DNA from: Candidatus Diapherotrites archaeon CG10_big_fil_rev_8_21_14_0_10_31_34
GTDB taxonomy: Archaea > Iainarchaeota > Iainarchaeia > Iainarchaeales > 1-14-0-10-31-34
NCBI GenBank assembly: GCA_002763225.1
Contig: PFAI01000049.1
Span: 1-18,838 of the forward strand
Length of the DNA stretch: 18,838 nucleotides
Reading direction: 5' to 3'
Under the pieces are notes generated by a model, which was given only the letters and a program-made list of their open reading frames with translations, made no database searches and was not told the origin of the DNA. Position 1 is the first letter of the stretch. The number at the start of each line of letters is the position of its first letter. This document shows positions 7,535 to 14,587 of the stretch, one piece after another. The position numbers and the translations under genes are program-made.

Positions 7535-8449
7535 ATGACTTTATGCGATAAATGCAGTAAAAAAAGCAAATTCAGGTTAAATTATGGCCCAATGAACTTT
7601 TGCTCTGAACACTTTAATTCTTTTTTTGAACAAAGATTTAAGAAAACAATAAGAAAATATAACTTGCTTAAAAAAAAGGATGTTGTGGTTTTAGGGGTTT
7701 CAGGCGGAAAAGACTCAATGACTGCATTGCATTTATTAAACAAGTTTTTTTCTAAAGAACAAACAATTAAAGCATTAATGATTGATGAAGGAATTCCAAA
7801 TTACAGGGATAAAGCATTAAAGTTAGCAAAAAAAGAAGTGAAAAAATTAGGAATAGAATTCAAAGAAATCTCTTTTAAGGAAAGGCTTGGAAAAACAATG
7901 ATTGATGTAATGAAAAAAACCGGAAGAAAAAAATTAGTTGGATCTACTTGTGCTTTTTGCGGTCCATTCAGAAGAAAATTATTAAATGAAGGAACAATTG
8001 AATTGCATGGAACAAAAATGGCTACAGGGCATAACTTGGATGATGAAATTCAAAGTATTACAATGAATTTTTTTGACAATGACTTAAAAAGAATGTCAGG
8101 ATTAGGCCCAATAACCCAAGGAACAAAACAATTAATCCAAAGAATAAAACCATTATATCTTTCTCCAGAAAAAGAAATTATTGCTTTTGCTGAATTAAAT
8201 GAAATCAATTACTTTAAAGAACACTGCTGTCCTTTTTCCTGGCAGGCAAAAAGAAATGAATTCAGAGGAATGCTAAACCAAATGGAAAACAAGTTTCCCG
8301 GCACTTTTTACTCAATTTTATCTGCTTTTGAAAACATGAACCCATTGCTTAAAGACAAATTCAAAGAAGAAAATTACTGTCAGAAATGCGGTTCTTCGAG
8401 TTCAGGAAAAATTTGTGCTGCCTGCATGAAACTTAAAAAACTATCCTAA
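7535..8449 (+). CDS. ttuA: tRNA 2-thiouridine synthetase, TtuA/NcsA (Ncs6) family PP-loop ATPase
   Basis: N-terminal CxxC...CxxH zinc finger, SGGKDS PP-loop, CAFCG and CP Fe-S ligands, ATGHNLDD, C-terminal CxxC...CxxC. Confidence 0.88.
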   Translation: MTLCDKCSKKSKFRLNYGPMNFCSEHFNSFFEQRFKKTIRKYNLLKKKDVVVLGVSGGKDSMTALHLLNKFFSKEQTIKALMIDEGIPNYRDKALKLAKKEVKKLGIEFKEISFKERLGKTMIDVMKKTGRKKLVGSTCAFCGPFRRKLLNEGTIELHGTKMATGHNLDDEIQSITMNFFDNDLKRMSGLGPITQGTKQLIQRIKPLYLSPEKEIIAFAELNEINYFKEHCCPFSWQAKRNEFRGMLNQMENKFPGTFYSILSAFENMNPLLKDKFKEENYCQKCGSSSSGKICAACMKLKKLS

Positions 8450-8471
8450 CAGGATATTTTATTGGTTTAAA

Positions 8472-8580
8472 ACACAGCGAAGCTGTGTAAGGCGTAAGCC
8501 ACTTTTTTTGAAAAAGAGTTTTTGATTAAACTTTTTTCTGAAACAAAGGTTTTTGTTCAACCTTTTTTTGAAAAAGGTTG
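8472..8580 (+). repeat. hairpin cluster immediately 5' of tRNA-Val
   Basis: ACACAGC-GAA-GCTGTGT (8472-8488), GGC-GTAA-GCC (8491-8500), degenerate AT hairpins at 8501-8552, and a full copy TTTTGTTCAACCTTTTTTTGAAAAAGGTTG (8551-8580) ending 1 nt before the tRNA. Confidence 0.8.
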
Positions 8581-8581
8581 T

Positions 8582-8653
8582 GGGCCTGTGGTCTAGTGGT
8601 ATGACGTCTGCTTGACGTGCAGAAGACTGCCGGTTCGATTCCGGCCAGGCCCA
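8582..8653 (+). tRNA. tRNA-Val (GAC), no intron, CCA not encoded
   Basis: Acceptor GGGCCTG/CAGGCCC-A; anticodon stem TCTGC/GCAGA with loop TTGACGT; T arm GCCGG-TTCGATT-CCGGC. Confidence 0.95.
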
Positions 8654-8933
8654 TCCGAGCTGCTCCTCGGAAGGGAGCGTGCTACTTTCAGTAGCACTGC
8701 TTTAAAACGCGAGTAACGCGTGCTATCTAAAGATAGCACTGCAATAAGGGTTTCGCCCCTTAACAACAATGCAGGACATTCGCTGCGCTCAGTCCAGCTG
8801 CTCCTCAGTCACGATTCCGATCGTGAGTCACGGTGCACGGCTCAAAGCCGTGCTAGCGCTGCTTTATGCAGCGCACAAGCGCCAGCCGATTGAACGGCTG
8901 AGAGCGTGCTATCTAAAGATAGCACTGCAATAA
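8654..8933. repeat. GC-rich nested hairpin mosaic (REP/BIME-like or structured RNA)
   Basis: Exact 30-bp direct repeat GCGTGCTATCTAAAGATAGCACTGCAATAA at 8718-8747 and 8904-8933, variant at 8677-8700, GCTGCTCCTC at 8659 and 8797, plus at least six further short inverted repeats. Confidence 0.8.
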
Positions 8934-8990
8934 TTGTCACGCCCAGTTAACATTTGTACACTATCTTCGCTTGGACTCAATAGAACTGCT

Positions 8991-9083
8991 TTTTGATAAA
9001 ACTTTTCGGCTGGACTGAAAGCCCAATTTTTTGTTCAACCTTTTTTCTAAAAAGGTTGTGTTAAACCTTTTGAAAAAGGTTTA
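8991..9083 (+). repeat. cluster of TTTTG-hairpin repeats at the 3' end of the coiled-coil gene
   Basis: Half copy 8991-9006, TGGAC-TGAAA-GCCCA (9011-9025), full copy 9029-9058, and copy 9059-9083 whose last TTA is the stop codon of the 597-aa gene. Confidence 0.8.
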
Positions 9084-10874
9084 TCTTGTTCCTTTGACTC
9101 CGGAAAAAGTTTTTCCTTTTTTGTTTTTAAATGAAACAGTGGTTGCTTTAATTTTTTTTTCTTTTATAACAGTTTTTTGTTCTTTAACTTTTGGCTTGCT
9201 TTCTTCTCTTTCCACTATTTCTTGTTTCAGTGTTTTTGCTTTTGTTAATTCCTGTATTTTTACACCCATTTCTTTTGCAAAAGCTTTTTCAAATTCATTT
9301 AATTCTTTTATTTTAGTGTCAATTATTTCAATTCTTTTATCTATCTCTTTTTCTTTTTCTTCAATCATCACTTCTAGTTCTTCTTTATCTGTTTTCATTT
9401 CATCCAAATTTTTTCTGATAGTATTAACAAACTGCCCTTTGAATTCATCTAATTCCTCTACTTTTTGATTTATGTCCTTTAAATTTGTTGCTTTAAGAAC
9501 TTTGTTTTGAAATCCTTCTAATTCTTTTTTTCTTTGTTCAAATAAGTCATTTAACTGGCTTTCAGAGTTTGTGGATGATTCAGCTAACTGCACAGCAATG
9601 AATTTTTTTAATTCAACTTTAGTGTTTTCCAGTTCCTGAACTGCATCATCAATTTCTTTCCGTAAACTTATTCTAAATGCTTCCAGTTTCATATTAACTT
9701 CTTCAGCTAATTTTTTTGCAGGAGAATCCTGTTCAATTTTAATTTTAATTAATTCAATTTCTTTTATTTTTTCCATAATAACTTCATCTATTTCTTTTTC
9801 TTTTTCCATTATTGTGTTGGAAATTTTTACTTCAAAATCAGAGGAAATTTTTCTTATATTTTCTTCTGTTTTTTTCGGGTTCATTCTTTTGGTTAATTCC
9901 TCAAAAGCAGCAAGTTTTTTTGTTAACTGAATTGACAGAGATTCTGTATGGGTTTTGCTTATTTCTTCAATTTTTTTTTCTGCATTAGTTATCAATCCTT
10001 CAGTTATCTTTGATTCTAATTCTAATGCCTTGTTTACCCTTTCATCTAATTCTTCTATTTGTTTTGTTGAATCAAACATAAACTGTTTTGACTCATTTTT
10101 CATTTCTTCTAGTTCATTTTTTAATGCTTTAGTCAAACCAAGTTTAGAGGATTCAATTTCTTTTAATTTGGTTTTAATTTCAGCTAAAACCTGTTCATCT
10201 TGTTTTTCTTTTTCTTCTGATTCCCTGCTTTTTTTTGAAACAGAAATCTTTAATTCTTTTAATGCCACAAGCTTTGCATCAAGAGTTGCTGTTATTTCTT
10301 TTGTTTTAGTCTCCAGAGAGGAATTAATTTTATCAACCATTAACTGTCTTTTGGATTCAATTCCTTCTTCCAGCTTTTTTGTTTCTTTTTTCAGTTCTTC
10401 TCTTATTTTTTCATTAATCACTTCATTAATATTATCCCTGATGTTTTCTATTTCATCTAATCTTTCATTCACTACAGTTAAAACTCCTTTTTCCCAGACT
10501 TCAGTTTCTCCTGCTTGAAGTTTTTTTGGGGGTTTAACTTCAACTGCTGATTTAACTTCATTTTTTTCTTCACTTGTTCCTCTGACTGCTTTCATTAATT
10601 CTTGTCTTGCTAGTTCTTCTTTTTCCTTTTTTTCTTCTGCTTCTTTTTTTCTTTCATCTTCTTCTGCTTTTCTTAATTCAAAATCCGGTTTTTTTTTCAC
10701 TATTTTTGCTGATTTTATTTTTTCCGGAACTTTATCTTTTGCTTCTTTTAACAGCATTTTTGATTCTTCTTTGCTTATTCCAACTTCTTCTAAATTAGAT
10801 ATTATTTCTTCATCTGAAACATTTAATGAAATCAGTTTTTTAATGCTTGAAATCAAAGTAACTTTGTCTACCAT
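9081..10874 (-). CDS. long coiled-coil hypothetical protein (597 aa), no TM segment
   Basis: K/E/I/L-rich heptad character throughout, small helical N-terminal domain (VSDEEIISNLEEVGIS), basic C-terminal tail; no Walker A motif; AGGTTGA RBS. Confidence 0.8.
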   Translation of the reverse strand: MVDKVTLISSIKKLISLNVSDEEIISNLEEVGISKEESKMLLKEAKDKVPEKIKSAKIVKKKPDFELRKAEEDERKKEAEEKKEKEELARQELMKAVRGTSEEKNEVKSAVEVKPPKKLQAGETEVWEKGVLTVVNERLDEIENIRDNINEVINEKIREELKKETKKLEEGIESKRQLMVDKINSSLETKTKEITATLDAKLVALKELKISVSKKSRESEEKEKQDEQVLAEIKTKLKEIESSKLGLTKALKNELEEMKNESKQFMFDSTKQIEELDERVNKALELESKITEGLITNAEKKIEEISKTHTESLSIQLTKKLAAFEELTKRMNPKKTEENIRKISSDFEVKISNTIMEKEKEIDEVIMEKIKEIELIKIKIEQDSPAKKLAEEVNMKLEAFRISLRKEIDDAVQELENTKVELKKFIAVQLAESSTNSESQLNDLFEQRKKELEGFQNKVLKATNLKDINQKVEELDEFKGQFVNTIRKNLDEMKTDKEELEVMIEEKEKEIDKRIEIIDTKIKELNEFEKAFAKEMGVKIQELTKAKTLKQEIVEREESKPKVKEQKTVIKEKKIKATTVSFKNKKGKTFSGVKGTR

Positions 10875-10940
10875 TTAATCAACCTAAAAAATAACACAAA
10901 TAGAAAATAAAAAGGTTTGTTTAATGGGATTTTAGCAGCT

Positions 10941-10985
10941 CGACTGAAAGTCGTACATTTTGATAAACCTTTTGAAAAAGGTTTA
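10941..10985 (+). repeat. composite GC mini-hairpin + TTTTG-hairpin abutting tRNA-Ala 3' end
   Basis: CGAC-TGAAA-GTCG (10941-10953), then TTTTGATAAACCTTTTGAAAAAGGTTTA (10958-10985), directly adjacent to the discriminator base. Confidence 0.8.
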
Positions 10986-11057
10986 TGGACTCTACGGGAC
11001 TCGAACCCGTAACCTTCCGATTGCCAACCGAACGATCTACCATTGATCTAAGAGCCC
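10986..11057 (-). tRNA. tRNA-Ala (GGC), no intron, CCA not encoded
   Basis: Reverse complement GGGCTCT...AGAGTCC-A with the G3:U70 Ala identity pair; anticodon loop TTGGCAA; T arm ACGGG-TTCGAGT-CCCGT. Confidence 0.95.
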
Positions 11058-11120
11058 GGCAACATATATAATTAAATTAAATAAAAAGATTAAAAAAAGG
11101 AATAAGTTAAAAAAAATGGA

Positions 11121-11339
11121 TTAAGGGGAAATCAGAATTACTGTGTCACCGCGAATCATTAGTTTGCCGTACTTTTTTTTGGTTTCTCCGTTAACTAATT
11201 CTTCAGCGTTTTCTAATACAATGTTCATGTGAACATCAAAAGCTTTTAGTGTTCCTCTGAAATGTAAATCTCCTTTTGTTACAACTAAAACTTCTTTTCC
11301 TACTGCTTCGTTTAATAAATCAAATGGTCTACTCGACAT
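11121..11339 (-). CDS. Sm/Lsm family RNA-binding protein (SmAP1)
   Basis: RPFDLL, GTLKAFDVHMNIVLENAEE (Sm1), IRGDTVILISP (Sm2). Start re-set to ATG 11339, 4 nt after the minD stop. Confidence 0.94.
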   Translation of the reverse strand: MSSRPFDLLNEAVGKEVLVVTKGDLHFRGTLKAFDVHMNIVLENAEELVNGETKKKYGKLMIRGDTVILISP

Positions 11340-11343
11340 AAAA

Positions 11344-12261
11344 TCACTCTTCCATTTCAATATTGTCTTCGTTTATTTCAGGCAAAACTTCCTCATCAAA
11401 AGATTCTTCAATTTTTTCTTTAACCCTTTTTTTTCCGATTTTTTCTTCTAAAGGTTGTTTTGGTTTCCTTTTAAAGATAGAAAACAACTTGTTTAAAAAT
11501 CTTGTTATAGGTCCTTTTTTCTTGATTTTAATTGTGGTTTGAACTCCGGTTAGTTTTTCTGCAATAATGTTTATTGCTGCAACTGCTTTAGAGTTTGGCT
11601 TGAATAAAATTGTTGGCATGATTTTTTCTCTCATAAAAGATTTTCTTATATCATTATCATAAGGAACCAAACCATAAATTGGCAGTTCAAGCATTTTCAT
11701 TATATCTTCAGGCAAAACTTCTCCTTTTTCGTTTCTGACAAAATTAACTATTATTCCAATTGGTTTTGCCCCAAGTCTTTCGGCAACAATTTTTGTTTTT
11801 AACACATCTGCAATTGAAGGAGAAACAGGCATTGTAATTAACAAAACATTATCTGAAGCACTTAATGCAGACATTACATTTGTTTCAATTCCTGCCGGTG
11901 CATCCAGTAAAATATAATCAAACTGGTCTTTGACTGACGCAATTACTCCTGCAAGTCTTGCTGAATCAACTCTTCTGTAACTTTCAAAACTTAAACCTGA
12001 AGGAACAAAAAAAATTCCGCCTGGCCCGTCATAAATTGCATCCTGTAAAGAACTTTCTCCTAACAATACATCATGCAAAGTAATTGGAGAAGAATGCATT
12101 CCTAATAATAAACTTAAATTTGCCATTGCAATATCTGCATCAACTAATAAAACTTTTTTTCCTCTTTGAGCTAAAGAAATGCCTAAATTAGCAGTAATAG
12201 TTGTTTTTCCGACTCCACCTTTTCCTGAAGCCAAAGCATAAACTGTTCCCATTTTTTTCAC
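11344..12261 (-). CDS. minD: archaeal MinD-family ATPase
   Basis: Deviant Walker A SGKGGVGKTT, LVDADIAMANL, DAPAG, amphipathic helix ITRFLNKLFSIF then a charged tail; start GTG 12261 or ATG 12252. Confidence 0.9.
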   Translation of the reverse strand: MKKMGTVYALASGKGGVGKTTITANLGISLAQRGKKVLLVDADIAMANLSLLLGMHSSPITLHDVLLGESSLQDAIYDGPGGIFFVPSGLSFESYRRVDSARLAGVIASVKDQFDYILLDAPAGIETNVMSALSASDNVLLITMPVSPSIADVLKTKIVAERLGAKPIGIIVNFVRNEKGEVLPEDIMKMLELPIYGLVPYDNDIRKSFMREKIMPTILFKPNSKAVAAINIIAEKLTGVQTTIKIKKKGPITRFLNKLFSIFKRKPKQPLEEKIGKKRVKEKIEESFDEEVLPEINEDNIEMEE

Positions 12262-12301
12262 TAAAATTAATTTTATTATAAGAAAGAAGAGTTATTTGTT
12301 A

Positions 12302-12751
12302 TTAAAAGCTTTTTCCTTTTGAAAGCTTATCTTCTACCTCTTTTGCTAAAGCATTAAATTCAACTGTTGAAAGTGATGCCGGTGCCCTTACAATAAAAAC
12401 CTTGTTTTTATAAGGCATCAGCATATACCATTCATTTGATTTAACTAAAACTGTTTCAGATTTAGGAATCTCGGAATTAATGTAATTAAACATTGCTGTT
12501 CCTGTTATTGCTTCTTTTAATCCATTTCCGTTTGCAGTTGAAGCAATCACTGAACCATTTCTTCCTGCAATGCAAATCATGTCAACTAAATGTTTTTTTT
12601 TCAAAATTTTTAGAAATCTTTTCAAATCAGTTGTATTTGTATTAAAAGTGTGCTTAGATAAGAGTTCTGAAACAGCATTTAATTGTTTTTGAGGAACCTG
12701 AGTATTATCCAAGCCTAAGACTCTTGAAGCAAAATTTTTAAGTAAATCCAT
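12302..12751 (-). CDS. Roadblock/LC7 (MglB/profilin-like fold) domain protein
   Basis: Helix, then VDMICIAGRNGSVIAST (beta-beta with the typical xGxxIAS turn), helix, three strands and a C-terminal helix; pattern recognition only. Confidence 0.6.
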   Translation of the reverse strand: MDLLKNFASRVLGLDNTQVPQKQLNAVSELLSKHTFNTNTTDLKRFLKILKKKHLVDMICIAGRNGSVIASTANGNGLKEAITGTAMFNYINSEIPKSETVLVKSNEWYMLMPYKNKVFIVRAPASLSTVEFNALAKEVEDKLSKGKSF

Positions 12752-12810
12752 TTATACCACTTTAAAGTAAAGAATTATTTATCAAGAAACGTTTTTATTG
12801 TATTGCTCTT

Positions 12811-13302
12811 TTAACCCATTTCTCCTAAACCGAGTTTTTTCATTATTTCTCCTCTGTGAGAAGAAGATTTCATTACCATGCTCAATACTTTTCTTGCATA
12901 AGCCGGATTAAATTTAGTTTTAGTTAATTTTTTTATGTCTCCGGCAGAAACATCCACATTTAATCTTATTTTTGGATTAACTGCAATAGTTAATTCTGCA
13001 TCAGTTGGCCTAAAAGAAATTATATCAAATACTCCGTTTTCTGCTGCAGCCGAATTAAATGTCTGGGCTATTGCAGAATTTCCATTAACTGAAATCCCAT
13101 ACTTTAAATATTCATAACCTGAAGCAATAATTTTTCCTTCCCTGAAAATTAATGTTCCTTCTTCTAATCCGTCAAAACCCTGAATAGTTAAATTAACATA
13201 ACCAGAAAATTTTGTTTTAATTAATTCAATCATTCTGTCACTAAAATCGTGTTCAGCTAAACTCATTCCCTGCTCCACTACTCTTCCTTCAACTAACTGC
13301 AT
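12811..13302 (-). CDS. DUF2226-like (PATAN/DUF4388-related) protein
   Basis: FSGYVNLT...EEGTLIFREGKIIASGYE core and C-terminal RGEIMKKLGL resemble archaeal DUF2226 proteins. Confidence 0.65.
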   Translation of the reverse strand: MQLVEGRVVEQGMSLAEHDFSDRMIELIKTKFSGYVNLTIQGFDGLEEGTLIFREGKIIASGYEYLKYGISVNGNSAIAQTFNSAAAENGVFDIISFRPTDAELTIAVNPKIRLNVDVSAGDIKKLTKTKFNPAYARKVLSMVMKSSSHRGEIMKKLGLGEMG

Positions 13303-13303
13303 T

Positions 13304-13768
13304 TTATCTCTTCCCTAAAACAATTACATGATCTGCAGTATTTTTTAAGGCTGCAGCAGAAGCTTCTTCTGCAAGAATAACTATTGTGTCTTTTCCATAT
13401 CTTTTTGCTTTAACTAAAACCGGCAGAAAATCTGAATCCCTGGTAACAAAAGCAATTGATTGAATTGAATTATTAAAAATTGTTTCTGTTGCATCAACTG
13501 CCATATAAACATCTACATCCCCTACTGTAATAATTGGTTCAAATCCCTGGTTTACCACTGCTTCAACTAATTTATCTGAAGCATATTGATTCAAAAAAAC
13601 TTTCCCTATTTTTACTTTACCAAACTTTCCCAAAGATTTTTTTACTTCATCCAAATCAATGTTTAATTCTTTTCTAAGAATATTTGGGCCGTCAACAAAA
13701 ACAGCAATATTTTTTTCTGTTTCTTTTTTTGCCCCAAATAATCTGTCTAAAACCAAGAATAACACCAA
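13304..13768 (-). CDS. NYN-domain (PIN-like) nuclease, TIGR00288-type
   Basis: IAVFVDGPN, GDVDVYMAVD and TRDSDFLP acidic catalytic motifs; start codon uncertain (TTG/GTG). Confidence 0.88.
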   Translation of the reverse strand: MVLFLVLDRLFGAKKETEKNIAVFVDGPNILRKELNIDLDEVKKSLGKFGKVKIGKVFLNQYASDKLVEAVVNQGFEPIITVGDVDVYMAVDATETIFNNSIQSIAFVTRDSDFLPVLVKAKRYGKDTIVILAEEASAAALKNTADHVIVLGKR

Positions 13769-13860
13769 AAATATATATTTATTTCTCTCTTAATTAACAT
13801 GACAGGATAAAATTAATAAGATATCCATTGTAATCTATTTAGAACAAAAGAGGTGTTTTT

Positions 13861-14259
13861 TTGTCAGATAAAAAGTTTGTTAAAATAAGTCAGTTAAAAG
13901 AAAACGGTTATGTGTTGATTGACGATATTGTTTGCAGAATTAATTCAATTGATAAATCAAAGCCAGGGAAACATGGGGCAACTAAAGCAAGAATTGTTGC
14001 AACAGGATTATTTCAAAACACAAAAAAAGGAATTCTTCAGCCAACTTCAGCTGACGCTCAAGTTCCAATAATAGAAAAAGGAGTAGCACAAGTAGTAGCA
14101 GTAATCGGAGATTCACTGCAGTTAATGGATACAACCACTTATGCCACATTTAATGCTGATTTGCCATCAGAACTAAAAGGATTAAAGTCCGGAAACGAAG
14201 TCGAATTCATGAGATACAACGAAGATGCAAAAGTGATAAGAAAAAAGCCAACAGAATAA
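13861..14259 (+). CDS. eif5a: translation factor aIF5A
   Basis: SKPGKHGATK hypusine motif; TTG start preceded by GAGGTG. Confidence 0.95.
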   Translation: MSDKKFVKISQLKENGYVLIDDIVCRINSIDKSKPGKHGATKARIVATGLFQNTKKGILQPTSADAQVPIIEKGVAQVVAVIGDSLQLMDTTTYATFNADLPSELKGLKSGNEVEFMRYNEDAKVIRKKPTE

Positions 14260-14532
14260 TCAGTCAACTTTCACTCCTAAAAAATCAAAAATCATTTTTT
14301 TTATTTCAAAAGCTTTTTGATGATTAAGGGAAACATGCAAACCATAATCAACTGGTTTCTTAAACAAAAAATTTTCTTTAATTAATTCTTCAGCAACTTC
14401 ATTAACTAAAAAATGATCATTTGGTTTAAAACCTTTCTTCAGATTATCAAAAGCTGTGTGGCTGTTACCCCAATTTCTTCTTCTTGCTAGTTTGAATAAA
14501 AGTTTTGCTTTAATCAAATCATGTTTGTCCAT
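14260..14532 (-). CDS. small hypothetical protein, probably winged-helix-like
   Basis: 90 aa with WGNSHT..NLKKG, a helix EVAEELIKENFL and a wing-like KPVDYGLHVSLN; ATG lies about 25 nt from a TATA box. Confidence 0.7.
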   Translation of the reverse strand: MDKHDLIKAKLLFKLARRRNWGNSHTAFDNLKKGFKPNDHFLVNEVAEELIKENFLFKKPVDYGLHVSLNHQKAFEIKKMIFDFLGVKVD

Positions 14533-14538
14533 TTAAAA

Positions 14539-14564
14539 ATACTTTGAAAGTATGGATTTATAAA
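14539..14564. promoter_or_regulatory. palindromic operator ATACTTT-G-AAAGTAT and bidirectional TATA box TTTATAAA
   Basis: Perfect 7-bp inverted repeat at 14539-14553; self-complementary TATA at 14557-14564 about 24-25 nt from both divergent ATGs. Confidence 0.6.
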
Positions 14565-14587
14565 CCTTTATTTTCGTTTATTGTTGT

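Noticed and set aside
8644..8680. SRP RNA helix 8 look-alike (CCAGGCCC...CGGAAGGGAGC)
   Set aside because: CCAGGCCC is the tRNA acceptor stem and is not contiguous with the GGAA loop, so the conserved internal loop cannot form. An Rfam scan would settle it.
8677..8933. CRISPR interpretation of the 30-bp palindromic repeat
   Set aside because: Only two exact copies plus one variant, with very unequal spacing (about 41 and 186 bp), and the intervening DNA is itself hairpins.
8654..9030. RNase P RNA
   Set aside because: The length is plausible, but I could not find the GAGGAAAGTCC-like or 3' P4 consensus on either strand.
9081..10874. SMC/Rad50 annotation for the coiled-coil protein
   Set aside because: No Walker A/B, signature motif, hinge or CxxC zinc hook.
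8582..11057. Integrated element between the two tRNAs
   Set aside because: No integrase and no duplicated tRNA 3' end (att site) visible.
11340..11360. Lsm start at ATG 11360
   Set aside because: Overlaps the minD C-terminus; ATG 11339 gives the typical MxxRPxDxL start and has a GAGTGA RBS-like sequence upstream.
11431..11457. Possible degenerate TTTTG-hairpin in the MinD tail (QPLEEKIGKK)
   Set aside because: Only the AAAGGTTG end matches and the stem is broken; cannot be distinguished from K/E-rich coding bias. The same applies to the metG tail near 14943-14967.
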